From: the human T2T-CHM13v2.0 reference genome, Homo sapiens
Length of the DNA: 64,000 nt
Assembly: GCF_009914755.1 (NCBI RefSeq)
Contig: NC_060928.1
Reading direction: 5' to 3' (one strand)
Shown here piece by piece: positions 13,541 to 26,809 of the stretch. The notes beneath the pieces were generated by a model, which worked only from the letters and a program-made list of their open reading frames with translations, ran no database searches and was not told the origin of the DNA. The position numbers and the translations under genes were made by a program. Within the stretch, counting starts at the first letter, position 1. Every line of letters begins with the position of its first letter.

Positions 13541-13897
13541 CAGGCTTACCTTGTTTTATTGTGCTTTGCTTTATTGTGTTTTGCAGATATTACGTTTTTT
13601 ACAAATTGAAGGTTGTGGCAACCCTGCATGAAGCAAGTCTATTGGTGGTGTTTTTCCAAGAGCATGTACTCATTTTGTTAGCATTTTTAGCAATAAAGTA
13701 TTTTTTAATTAATTAAGGTACGTACATTGATTTTTTTAGACATAATACTATTGCATACTGAATAGGCTATAGTTAGTGTAAACATAACTTTTATATGCAC
13801 TGGGAAACCTAAAAATCTGTATGATGCACTTTGTTATAATATTCACTTTATTGCAGTGGTCTGAAACCAAACCTGTGATATCTCCAAGGTATTCCTG
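13541..13897 (+). mobile_element. Internally deleted Tigger1 (MITE-like, 357 bp)
   Basis: Both Tigger1 ends (CAGGCTTACCTTGTTTTATTG ... ATATCTCCAAGGTATTCCTG) with TA target duplication on each side. Confidence 0.9.
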
Positions 13898-16096
13898 TAT
13901 TTTTATAAGACAGAAATTGCATTATATCTATGGATTAATATAAAAATAAATGACATTTTAGTGACATTTTATTTTCTTCCCCTTGTATATGGTGTATATA
14001 TTTATATATTTAGATTTCTTCTTTAGTAAAAAGTTATGGGTTTTCCTGTGGGTTTACTCATATTTATCTTAAATATATACTTAGGTACATTATAGTGTTT
14101 ATTAATCTTAAAAATGGAATACTCATATTAGTATTACTATATGTCTAAGTTTACAACTAATATAAAGAAAAATTATCAATATACGTATATTAGTTTTAGC
14201 TTCAATAAATTTGCTAATTCATTTGTTAGTTTACATTGTTTGTAAATTTTCCTTTATCCTTTGTGTATATGTTAATGTCTTCCAGAAATAAAAATGTTCT
14301 TGCTTTCCTGTCTTTATAGTTCTTAATTCTTCTTGTGTTGGTTAGTACCTCTAGTATACAACATTGAATATAAAGAGTACTATAAAGCTTCTTGCCTAAT
14401 CCTTGAATTTTTGTATTTTAAATTTTCACTAGTATCCATTGAACTTTCTAAAAAAAAAAACACTTCACCTTACTAAAATGACAATACTGCTTACTCCCAA
14501 CTCAAATATATGAAACAGATTTTTACTGAAAGGAAAATACATAAAGTGTCCCTACATATGATATTATTGATCTTTGTGGGGCATCACTTTTTGTTTATGT
14601 ATGAAATGCATTTTAAACCTGCTGATAACAAGGCCAAGACAATAGGCTACCTATATTGCAACTCCAAAAGCATAACAATCAGTTTGGAAGGATCATACGT
14701 CTAATCAAATATGTTACCCTTGAGTTCCTTTGACCCAACAACGTGGTCATAAGAACACTCCCTTGACATTATAAAATAGGCATTTTCAATCAATCTAATG
14801 CCAGGAGTTAAAGGAAATTACTGATGTATTCTACAATCTGGAGAACTACAAACTTAAAAAAAAACAAAAAGGAAAAAAGAAAACTCACACACATAAAAAT
14901 CAAGCCAAATTCTAAGTGGACTCAGTAAAATCCTGATAGCCTCCAAACGGTATCTAAACAAAAAAACAAATACGTCAAAAACCAGATCAAACCAAACTAA
15001 ACCAAAACAAAAAACCCCATCATGTTTTGGGTAAAAATATAGCATTTTTAAAAATCTAAACTCCTGAGAACCTCAGAAAATACATAGCTTGTAAAATCTT
15101 CCAAAATGTAATGCCAGTCCTAGAAAGTTATAAAACTAGAGTTTAGTACTGAGGTCAGAGAATATTTCTGAATCAGAGAGAAGGAAGTAGCTGCACAGTA
15201 AGGACACACACTACATTTGAAACGGAGAAGGGACTTCTTGGAGCATAAAGGTGGTGTTATTTCCCCGTACTCCTCATAATAGCCTGGAGATAACCACCTT
15301 ATTTAAATAAGAAGAAAATGTTATGTTGTTTAATCCATACAAATTATGAGAAGAAAATTGATGAAATGGAAATAAATAATGGTCAATAAAAGAGAACACA
15401 CTGTTAAAATATAGCAATAAAGTAGAAAATATAATAATGCAATTTTCAAAGTAAACTAAAGTCTTAATAAAATAATGACAAGATTGAACTAATAGTATGA
15501 ATTGGAAAAAATTAATATAGCAGAACTAAAAAATATATAAATTATATCAGTAAGTATAAATAAGCTGGAATTTGGAACTGTTAGCATATGAAATATTTAC
15601 ATAAGCTTCACTCCCATGGAAAACTAGAAATAACAATCCTGATAATATGAAAATCATGAGTATATATAGAAATTGAAAAGTGGAAGATGCATACACACAC
15701 ATACATAGAGAAACAAACAAACAAAGTCTCCCTCGGTTTCCTAATTCTTCATGGTAAACTAAAAGACACATCAATTTCTGAGAGTAAACACAGTAAGAGG
15801 AGGGGCAGTTTGAGAAAAATTTACCAAAGAGTAAATTTACCTAATCTGGAAGAGGACTGTTGAGCTAATAGTGATGGAGATGGGGCAGGTGGGACCCACT
15901 GGAGTCTGAAAAACTTGAATTGCAAAATTAATTTTCTCAGCAAATAACCCTCCTCATCCTTACCCCGGGTTTTCAAGTTATGCTAAGAAACTTGAAGTAA
16001 AATTGAGACTGCAAAGAAGAAAAGACCTGCAAAAGTCTCCTGTTCCACTTAATGGAAAGTTGGTGTGATGTCATGTGCTAAGGTGGGTAGGCACCT

Positions 16097-16475
16097 ATTA
16101 TAGATTGAATGTTCTCCATGTGTCCTCCAAAATTATATGTTGAAACCCAATCACCAAGGTGATAGTATTAGGAGGTGGGGCCTCTGGGAGACGATTAGGT
16201 CTTAAAGGCCCCACCCTCATGAATAGAATTAATACCCTATAACAGAGGCTTCAGATCATTGCTTTTTCTTTTGTCTTTTCTGTCATATGAGGACCTAGTG
16301 TTCATCCCCTCCAGTGGACACAGCAACAAGGAGCCATATTGGAAGCAGAGAGCAGCCCTCACCAGACACAGAATCTGCTAGCATCTTAATTTAGGACTTC
16401 TCAGCCTCCAGAACTATGAGAAATAAATTTCTATTGTTGATTGATTACCCAGCTTGTGGTATTTTATTATAATAT
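16097..16475 (+). mobile_element. MSTD/MSTC-like MaLR LTR
   Basis: GTATTAGGAGGTGGGGCC, CACCCTCATGAAT, GGAAGCAGAGAGCAGCCCTCACCAGACAC, GCCTCCAGAACTATGAGAAATAAATTTCT. Confidence 0.85.
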
Positions 16476-17064
16476 TGTATATATTTTGTTATATTATTTA
16501 TAATATATATACTATTCTGAAAAATATATTTTAATGATATTGCCCCATGAAAGATAGAAAGTGTAAACACCTTTGTACCACAAAGTAATTGACAAAAGAG
16601 TTAGAGAACTTGCCTAAGTGGACTGGGTTTACTTTTCTCAGAAAGACATTCTATTAAACCATCAAAGATCAGACAAGAACAATGCTTCATACACTACTCT
16701 TGAGCAATAAAAAAAAATTGTTATTTTTCTAGGACAGATACATTGATACTAAAATATGATCAGGGCAAGGTTCATGCCATAATATCAATAATAATTAATA
16801 TAAAAATCACCCAATGAGTATTGTCAAATAACCTCCAAAACGCAGAAATTTACAACCAGAACAGAATAATATTACAATACTATTAAAGTGTCCAGCAACA
16901 TTAAATATTCAAAATGTCTGTGGTCATTTAGAAATCTCTGGGATTTGGCAGAAAATGTTCTCATTGAATATGATCATTGGTTCAACTTATTTGGTTCAAG
17001 GACCACTGCTTCTATTTCCAAATTGTAAAAAGGGTATAATAACATTTTAAAAGTTCTTGTGTAG

Positions 17065-17512
17065 CATGTATGTTTATTGCAGTGCTATTTACAATAGCAA
17101 AGACATGGAACCAACCCAAATGCCCATCAATGATAGACTGGAAAGAGAAAATGTGGTACATATACACCATGGAATACTATGCAGCCATAAACAAGAGGGA
17201 GATCATGTCTTTTGCATGGACATGGGTGAAGCTGGAAACCATCATCCTCAGCAAATTAACAGAGGAACAGAAAACCAAATGCTGCTTGTTCTCATCCATT
17301 AGTGGGAGTTGAATAATGAGAACACATGAACACAGAGAGGGGAACAACTCACATTAGGTCCTGTTATAGGGTGATGAGTGAGGGTAGGAAATGTAGAGGA
17401 CAGGTCAATAGGTGCAGCAAACCACCATGGCACATGCATATCTATGTAATAAAGCTGCACATTCTGCACATTTATCCCGGTTTTTTTAAATAAGAAATAA
17501 AATTCCAAGAAA
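17065..17512 (+). mobile_element. L1PA8A-like 5'-truncated L1 (ORF2 C-terminus plus 3' UTR)
   Basis: ORF 17070-17312 MFIAVLFTIAKTWNQPKCPS..WYIYTMEYYAAI is the L1 ORF2 end; GAGGACAGGTCAATAGGTGCAGC; 16-bp TSD AAAAGTTCTTGTG(T/C)AG at 17049-17064 and 17513-17528. Confidence 0.93.
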
Positions 17513-17567
17513 AAAAGTTCTTGTGCAGACAACATGTGGAGTCTAAAAGTGATTCAAATAATTTTAA

Positions 17568-18680
17568 TTCACTTATTCATTGATTGTTTTTCACTAAAAA
17601 TACTTTTTGAGCACCTACCAAAATTTAAGTACTGAGATTGCAGAAGTGAACAATATCAACAAAAATTTCTGCTTCACAGAGCTTACATTCTAGTGTGTGT
17701 TGTGGGGGACAAAAATATAGAAAATACAAGAGTAATATATAGACAGTGTTTAGTGGTTGTAGTTCATGGGAAGAAAAACAAAGCAGGAGAGAGGTATAGA
17801 GAGTAATGAAAAAAGCCAGTTGAAATTTTAATTAGGGCTCCCACTGAGATCCTGCTGAGAAAGGACATGTGAGCAGAAGGCTGATAAATACAAGGAAATG
17901 ATCCATGTAGATATGTAGGAAGAGATTATTTTAAGCAGAGAAACAGCAAGTGCAACTCTCCTGATGTAGAAATGTGCCTATGTCGGCAAGAAGTAGCAAA
18001 AATTCCAATATTGCTATAGCATAGTGAGTCAGCAGGTAGGACAAAATGATGTCAGAAAGTGCACAGAAGGCAGATGGAGTAGGGCCTTGTAAGCCATTGT
18101 GTAACATCAGATTTTTCACTGTTAAATTAACTGGAAAATCATTGGGAGATTTTCAGCAAAGGTATGAATGTGAATTGACTTGCATTTTAACAGAATGATT
18201 CCTTCTACAGGGTTGAGAAAAGATTCACTAAGCAAGGACAAGTTCTGGGAAAACAGTTCAAAGCTATTTTGAGGTAAGAAGTTATTAAAAAGTAGACCCT
18301 AGTCTTTCATGATGAATTATATGTGACATGAAAGAGAAAGTGAGTAATCAAAATGACACCCATGTGTTTTGGCTTATGTACCTTAAAAAATGGAGTTGAC
18401 ATTAATTAACTTAAAAATTAATGAAGGTGGACTATTATTTAATTTATTAGACTATGGATAATTAATAATCAAGACATGCAAGATTTTAGGGGAAGATCTA
18501 GAGTTAAGTTTTCATCAAGTTTGAGTTACTTATTAGAAATTCAAAGGGAGATGTTAAATAAGCAGTTGCATATAAAATTGAAGCTTTTACAAATAAGGAG
18601 AGGTTGAAGTAGGAGCTAGAGAGTGGAAAATTTTCAGAGAATATATGCCATTTAAAGTTGTGTGACAATACATCAAGGGA
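17568..18680 (-). mobile_element. L2a 3' region
   Basis: TTCACTTATTCATT..TTGAGCACCTAC..CAGAGCTTACATTCTAG..GTAGGGCCTTGTAAGCCATTG..GACTTGCATTTTAACAG. Confidence 0.8.
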
Positions 18681-18776
18681 GAAAAAATATAAATGAAAAA
18701 TATGGAATCAGTACAAAAATGCAGGGGGCTAATAAAATTGGTATTTCAACTGTGTAATTTGTTTGAAAGGGAAATA

Positions 18777-19171
18777 CAGATGCTCCTTGACTTACATCAT
18801 GAAAAACATTGTAAATTAAAAATATCTAAAGTCAAAAATGCATTGAACACACCTAAGCTTCTGAACATTATAGCTTAGCCTAGCCTTTTTTAAATGTGCT
18901 CAAAACATTTACATTAGCCTATGGGCAAAATCATGTGGTAACACAGTACATAAAGAAGAGCATCAGTGACTTACCATTGTGTTCAATTGGCTGACTGAGG
19001 GCTTGCTGCCACTTGTTCACCACCACAACAGAATATCATACAGCACCTTGGTAGGCCTGGGACAAGGTCAAAATCAAAATTCGAAGTATAGTTTTTACTA
19101 AATATATATCACTTATGCATCATCTTAAAGCAGAAAATTCAAGTCAAATCATTGTAAGTCGGGACCATTTG
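18777..19171 (+). mobile_element. MER47B-like (TcMar-Tigger) non-autonomous element
   Basis: TIRs CAGATGCTCCTTGACTTAC / GTAAGTCGGGACCATTTG, TA flanks, internal ATAGCTTAGCCTAGCC and TGGCTGACTG. Confidence 0.85.
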
Positions 19172-19274
19172 TATATCTGTCTACTCAATTGCCTTCAAGA
19201 TGTATGAAATATCTTTGCATCTTATCTCCAAGTGGGTAATATTGCAGAAGTTAATACATTTTGATTCATCTATG

Positions 19275-19490
19275 ACATACATATATATACATGTATGTGT
19301 GTATATATATATATATCCTGAATGAATAAAAAATGTTGTATACAAATATATGTTATATATAAAATATTATGTACAACTACATGTATGGTACAATATATAT
19401 TAACATAGTTATATATAATGTATTATAACTAATATACAATGTACCTATATGTAATATATATTATATATAAGTGTATATACATATATATTA
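19275..19490. repeat. (TA)-rich low-complexity tract
   Basis: Degenerate TA/TATG repeats. Confidence 0.8.
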
Positions 19491-19609
19491 GCAAACTATG
19501 TCACTTTATTTTATCAGGTAATATTCCCAAATAAATTAATTAAAAGTGACCTTGAAAATGAAGAACTATTATTTGCCAAATTTTATTTTTTCTCTCTGTA
19601 CATTAATTG

Positions 19610-20100
19610 GGAAAATGTATTAAATCTCTATCTTGAGGCAAACACAATGCCAACAAAAACCCCACATGAATATTGTCCTCAAAAAGTTTGCAATTTGAGA
19701 GAGTTGGACGTATAGACTATAATTATAGTACCTTATGGCGCGTGCAGTGATGGAGAATGCACTGATGATTATTTAAACACTGAATAAAGTTTTTTTTTTT
19801 CCCTTTGGTTAAATCTGATTTTTAATGATAAATTCTTCCAAATGGTTAAAGATAGCTTTCTGGATTAGAGAGTCTCTATCCAAATCTCTAAGTAAAGAAG
19901 GATTAGAAAAAGCAAGGGAGGACAGTGAAAGAATCACAGCCTGAAAGAACCGTGTGAAAAAGAGGATGATGGATAAAAATAATAAGCTGTGCTCAGAGGA
20001 ATAAAGCAGATCAGTGTTTCTGGTGCACATGTTTCCTGGAACAAGATGGTAGTTACGTTTGTGTTGGAGGCAGTGGTGAGAAACAAAGTTGGGGAGATTT
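19610..20100 (-). mobile_element. L2 fragment (degenerate)
   Basis: TATTAAATCTCTATC..AGGCA..TTGTCCTCAAAAAGTTTGCAATTTG and purine-rich antisense L2 pattern. Confidence 0.45.
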
Positions 20101-22306
20101 CAATACATAAAGCAACTTGAAATAATGAAATTTTATATTGCGAACAACCTTAATCAAACGTGAATTTGTTTGTTGAATTACCCGTCTTGCCCTCCTTCTG
20201 AGAAGTGAATTCTGTTTCCAGAAACTACAAAATAAATGGTCAATAATTAAGTTTCAAATTACGATATGACTAAACAAATGACACGAACAGATTTCTTTTT
20301 AAATACATTTCTCTCTTGTCGGTATGATAGCTGAAATTGATGACCATACAACTGAAAGCACAAAAAAGCAATTAAAATATTTGGCATAAATATAAGTTAT
20401 ACTTGAGAATTTATTGCAGAATTTTATCCATGATATTAAGAAAGCAGAGGGTAATAGACAAATTAAGCCCAGTGATTGGAAACAAGGTGGGAGGGAAGAG
20501 TCAAGGACAAACTCAAGTTTCTAACTTGGGAACTGAAAGTGAGATAACTAAGAAATTGGATACAGAAAGTAAAAAAAATTTAAACATGAACATTAAACAG
20601 TACAGTAGAAAGTAATGCTGAAGAAGAGCTAATCTTGTTTGACAGTTTAACATAAATAACGATTAAGATAAGTGTTAAGCAACATGTCAATGTTGTTTGC
20701 TTTGACACCACTAAGTGACAAATTTTACACAGATTACCTTAATTACTGGAACTTTATTATTCTCAGGTAAAGGTAGGTAGAAAAGACTAATTTTAAGCAG
20801 TCATTACCACAGATACATTTCCTGGGAAATTTACTAAACATGCTCATTTCAAATAAAATAATCTTTAGTACTCTCTGTGTAAAATACACAGTTTAAATAT
20901 GCAGTGATGATAAGGAAGTATAGCAGATACAAATGGCAACAAATTGAAACAGTTTCAAATGAAATGAAATTAATATTTGATTTGGAGTCCTTGCCCGAAG
21001 TCTAAATTTACCTGTTCCGTGTGTGTTTGCTCCACATCTGGTTTCCTCCCCTTATGGTTTCCCAGTAATCAATAGTTATGCAGCATTGCACGAAGCGGTG
21101 CTTTAAGGAATCCTTAAGCATTTTTTCAATCTAATTACCTGGAGTTATCTACCTCAGTTTGCTGTAAGAAAATGTTCCAGTTCTTTGGGGAACCTTCACA
21201 GAGATTGGCGAAGAAAGGCACAAGAGATGTAGTATAATTGGGTGATAGAGGTGAAAATACAATTACAACTTGTTGCCTATTTCCCTCTAGCTGCTGTCCA
21301 GATTGGTGTGTAAAGGCTTTGAGGGGACAGTCCTCAATTGCTGACTCTAACAGAAAGATTTTGGGTGAAGATCCAAAGCTTACTATGCTGAGGAATAATG
21401 TTGACTTTATTATATTTTTTCCTTATCTCAGAAGTTAAGACTTGATGGAGTTATCTGAGGAAGCAACACTCTCCTATCATTTTAAAATGAACATGAAGAT
21501 AACAAATAACAAACAAGAAACACAGTAAATAAATAAATTTGGGTACTAGTTCTAGCTGTTACCAGTCATTCCTATTTTTACATGGTGAAGACATACAGTT
21601 GACATTGTTCACACATGAAAACATGTTTTATTCCTGTCACAAAAGGATGTAAATCTTTTAAGGTTTTAAATCAGGTTTATCTTAAAGTTATACTATTATA
21701 AAAATAGATTCTGAGTATTATTGATATATTTTTGATTAGATGTACCTCCAGAATAGTCTTCAAAGTCACTGAAACTAATTTGTTTATTTTTAAGAATTTG
21801 GAGTCATACGGCTTGACCACAGAACATAGGGACAGACAAGATAATATAGATGCTCTAAGAAGTCATGGTGACAAGGAAAGAATTATTAGTAGGAAAAACA
21901 GAAAAATAAATATTACATGTAAAAATGTATAACATATTAAAAGTTTTTCAATAATATACCACATGTGTTAGTTTCAGATAATTCTATAGTAAGATATTTT
22001 AAGGAAATTTAATTGCCAAGAAATAGCTAATAATTATGTTTCTTAAAGAATTCTAGTGCATAAAAAGAGAGTTTCCAACTTAATTGAAAATAAATCTTAG
22101 TAAAATAACTATAGATTAAAATCTAGTAATTAATCCTATATATTATAGAATTGTTATGGCATTAACTTCAAAAACAAGCAATTTGTTAGCAATTCAACAT
22201 TTTTTTGTTCTCATTTTCATTCTCAACAAAAATATATTTTTTATAAATAGCAGTCATTTTTCATTTCTCTTTGTCTTTTATTCAAGCATATATTTACATA
22301 AAAATA

Positions 22307-24689
22307 CAAAGATGTCTCAGAAATATTGCAGGTTCAGCTCCAGGCCACCACAATAATGCAAATATTACAATAAAAAATCACACAAATTATTTGATTTCCC
22401 AGTAAACACAGAATTTATGTTTATGCTATAGTGTATTCTATTAAGTGTTCAATAGTATAATGTCTGAAAATGTACATTCCTTAATTGATACTTCATTTCT
22501 AAACAATCTTGATGATTATCTGAGCCTTCCGTGAGTCATTAACTTTTTGCTGCCTTTGTGTTGATGGCTGTTAACTTATAAGCGTGGTGTTTGCTGAAGG
22601 CTGGGGTGGCTATGGCAGTTTTTAAAAATAAGACAACAATGAGATTACTACATTGATTGACTCTTCCTTTCATAGATGACTTCTCTGTAGCATGTGATAC
22701 TGTTTGATTGCATTTATCCAGAACAGAACTTCTTTCAAAATTGGAGTCAATCCTCTCAAAACTTGCAGCTGCTTTACCAACTAAGTTTACGTAATGTTCA
22801 AAATCCTTTGTTGTCTTTTAAACAATGTTCACACATATTCACCAGGATTAGGTTTCATTTCAAGAAACCACTTTCCTTGCTTATTCATAAGCAACAATTC
22901 TCATCCATCCAAATTTTCTCATGAGACTGCAGTAATTCAGTCACATCTTCAGGTTCCACTTCTAATTCTAGTTCTGTTGCCATTTCTGTCATATCTGCAG
23001 TTACTTCCTCCACTGAAGTCTTGAACCTTTTAAAGTCATCCATGAGAGTTGGAATCAACTTCTGAACTCCTGTTAATGCTGATGATAATTGACTTCCTTT
23101 CATGAATCACGAATGTTTTTAATGGCATCTAGAATGATAAATGCTTTCCAGAAGGTTTTCAATTTACTTTGCCCAGATCCATCAGAGGAATCACTGTCTA
23201 AGGAAGCTATAGCCTTCTAAAATATATTTCTTAAATAATAAGAATTGAAAGTCAAAATGACTCCTGGATCCATGGGCTGTAGAATGGATGTTGTGTTAGC
23301 AGACATGAAAACATCATTAATCTCTTTCTATATCTCCATCAGAGCTCTTGGGTGACTAGTGGCATTGTTAATAAGCAATATTATTTTGAAAGAAATCTTT
23401 TCTTTTTTGAGCAGTAGGTCTCAACAGTGTGCTTAAAATATCCAGTAAAGCATGCTGTGAACAGATGGGCTGTCATCCAGCTTTTACTGTTTCATTTATA
23501 CAGCACAGGCAGAGTAGATTTAGCATCATTCCTAAGGGCCCTAGGATTTTCAGAATGGCAAATGAGCACTGGGTTTACCTGAAAGTCATCAACTATATTA
23601 TCCCTTAACAGGAGAGTCAGCCCGTCCTTTGATGTTTTGAAGCTACGCACTAACTTCTCTTCTCCAGTTATTACATTTCAACATGGCACCGTCTTCCAGT
23701 ACAAGGCTGTTTTGTCTACATTGAAAATCTATTTTTAGGATAGCGATCTTAATTAATTATCTTAGATAGACCTTCTGGATATTTTACTGCCGATTCCACA
23801 CCACCACTTGCTGCTTTACCTCACATTTTTATGTTACAGAGATGGCTTCTTTCTTTAAACCTCACGAACCAAACTCTCCTTAATTTAAACCTTTCTTCTG
23901 CACCATCCTCACCTCTTTCATCCTTCATAGAGTTAAGGAGAGTTAAGGCCTTGCTCCTAATTAGCCTTTGGTTTAAGGAAATGTTGTGGGTAGTTTGTTC
24001 TTCTATCCAGACAACTCAAATTTTCTCCATATCAGGAAGTCTGCTTCACTTTCTTATCATTCATGTGTTCAGCGGAGTAACACTTTTAATTTCTCTCAAT
24101 AAGCTTGCCTTTGCATTTTATAACTTGGTTATTTGGCAAAAGTGGCTTAGCTTTCAACCTATCTCAGCTTTAAATATCCCTTCCTCACTAGCTTAATCCT
24201 TTCTAGCTTTTGATTTAAAGTGGGAGACGGTTGACTCTTCCTTTCACTGGAATACTTAAAAGACATTCTAGAGTTATTTATTGGCCAAATTTCAATATTG
24301 TTTTATCTCAGAGAAAAGAAAGGCTGGAGAAAGGGGAGAAAAGCAAGGGAATGGCCAGTGAGTGGAACAGTCGGAATACACATAACAGTTTTTCATTCAG
24401 TTCACTGGCTTATATTTGCAGAGTTCATGTCACACCAGAACAATTACAATAGTCATGTAAAGATCACTGATTACAGATTGCCATAACAGTTATAATAATA
24501 ATGGAGAAGTTTGAAATATTGTGAGTATTATCAAAATGTGACATAGAGGCAAGAAGTGAGCACATGCTGTTGGAAAAAATGTTCTGATAGACTTTCTTGA
24601 CACGGGGTTGTCACAATCCTTCAATATGTAAAAAGCACAATATGTTTGAAGCACAATAAAGTGAACTGCAATAAAACAAGGTATGGCTG
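22307..24689 (-). mobile_element. Near-full-length Tigger1 DNA transposon (2383 bp) with decayed transposase
   Basis: Both ends present, TA at 22305-06 and 24690-91; minus ORF 22885-23103 [47 protein letters not shown] matches the Tigger1/TIGD1-type transposase C-terminus. Confidence 0.95.
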
Positions 24690-26259
24690 TAACTGCTGTA
24701 ATGAAGAAAATAGGAAGTGAAGCATTTAGGGGTTGAAGTAATATTATTTCCTATTAGTACAGACTATCCTAGTCTTACCTCCTAAAGAAATAAAATTCTT
24801 ACTTTTCTTTCTTTCCAAGAGATGATAATATTCTATTTAGAATATTTTAGAAATTGAATGAAACTCTTTTTAACTATATCTTCAGTCTGGGTTTATAGTT
24901 ATGTATTAAGTACATAAGAAAAGTAAATGTCTTTCTCAATGTACATTTAATAATCCTTAGAAAGCTCAAACTTTATTACAGAAGATTTAATATAACAAGA
25001 GATAGACATCTAATTCTTCACTCAAAGTCTACAGAAATTCATCTTAGCTTCCTAGCAACTCCTGTTTCTTGCTTTGATTTTTGAACTTACTGTCTCTCCA
25101 TCTTTTTCTGAACTATATCCAGTTTCTAGGCTTTGCCTATTAATTTGCAATAAATCTAGTTTGTCTCTACAACGTGTAAGAGTATGGATTGAACCTTTTT
25201 CTGTAAAGAGCACAGCATGCTTTTCCTGATTTCTAGCTCATTGCACCTGCCTCCCAAGTCTCTTGCTGCTGCTGTTAATGCCTTGCGCAGCTGTGACACA
25301 TGGTTCCAACACTCCCTACATCCATAGTGTGTCAGTTTCCTACAATAAAAAAGGAAACTTTATTTTGATCTATAGACAGTGGTTATTTCCAAAAGGCAGC
25401 ATCTGAGTTCAATAAATAAGTTGTTTCTAATCAAAATGGGAAACTATATTATTTCCTCAAAGACATGCTAGTTAAACAAAATCACCTGTTCAAATATACT
25501 ATACTCAAAATAGTTTGTAATACTTATTAGCAAGAATCCCCAAAAATGAATTTCCTATTTTCCATGAATGTCTTTAAGAATATAAATAAATTAAAAGTTT
25601 AAATAAAATAACCTCTATATTATTTATACAAAGAAAATATTCTTCAATTAATAATTTCAAAACAAAATTACATATGTGTGATCTAACACATGCTTAAAAT
25701 CCTAACAAATTCCTAAATATACTCACTCTCTGTTACAAAGTTGAAGGCACTTATACAATGTTTATTTTGTATTGATTAAATTATGCAATGAAAATACATG
25801 AATATGATTATAAATCTTTTGCCCCCTTTCAAGCTTAATTTTTTAACCCTCATTATTACCTCCACAGACTTTGGCCATGGTACATTGCTTACCATTTTTC
25901 AGAAATATCTGAAGATTTCTGCTTCTCTGCCAATCTATACATAAATAACAAATATTAACATGCAGTTATTCATATTCAACAAATATTTACTGATTCCCTA
26001 TTATATGCAAGAATCTTTTGGCTGTTGGGAATGCAGAGATCAGTAAGACCGTCTGTTCCCATGGAATTTAACAAGATATCTAAGATTCTACTTGTCCTCT
26101 TCGTTTATACTGAAATGTATCTGTCCATCTTTCAAGGGTAGTCATTGGTTTTAAGTATTTCAATATACTAATACTGCATGCCATTCTAAGGTTTAATTAA
26201 TACTGGCAGTTTTGATGTGACATGGCTATTTCAGACAACTGTTTTGTGGGGTGGGGTTT

Positions 26260-26504
26260 GGTCGAGGTCTTGCTCTGTCTCCCAGACTGGAGTGCAATGG
26301 CATGATCATGGCTCACAGCAGCCTCAAACTCCTGTGCTCAAGAAACCTTCCCACCTCAGCTCCCTAAGTAGCTACAACTATAGGTGTGCATCACCACAGT
26401 TAGTTCATTTTTAATTTTTTTGTAGAGACAGGATCTTGCTATGTTGCCTGGATTAGTCTCGAACTCCTAGGCTCAAGCGATTCTTCTTCCTCAGTCTCCC
26501 AAAG
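26260..26504 (-). mobile_element. AluJ-like element lacking its first ~35 bp
   Basis: GATCATGGCTCACAGCAGCCTCAAACTCC and TTGCTATGTTGCC AluJ diagnostics; match stops at CCCAAAG. Confidence 0.88.
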
Positions 26505-26809
26505 CAAACCCAGCCCCAAATTCTATTTGCCTGCTAGGGGAAATATAAATTATCTCTGAGTTAAGATAATATCATCATAGGTCTATATTATTTCTACATT
26601 TCTTTTATGTAGAATGTCTAGCAGTCAATCAAAAACACTGGAAAAGACAAGCATACAAAATGGTCCCAGACATCACTTAATAGCTTCATTTACTTTATTT
26701 TATTTTATTTTCCCAATGGCTCAACTATTCCAGGCCCATTCCTAATACCCTCACCCAAGTTGTCTTCTTCTTTATTTTAACTGTGCAATTCTTATTCCAT
26801 TACTATTTC

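Larger units (their letters stand above)
12490..14450 (-). mobile_element. Old L1M/L1ME ORF2 fragments interrupted by MER67-like LTR and Tigger1 derivative
   Basis: T-rich antisense L1 motifs (ATTCTGTTCCATT, GAAATTGCATTATATCTATGGATTAAT, TTAGTACCTCTAGTATACAACATTGAATA). Confidence 0.55.

Noticed and set aside
23831-24196. 121-aa ORF and neighbouring ORFs
   Set aside because: Antisense or off-frame readings of the decayed Tigger1 transposase region.
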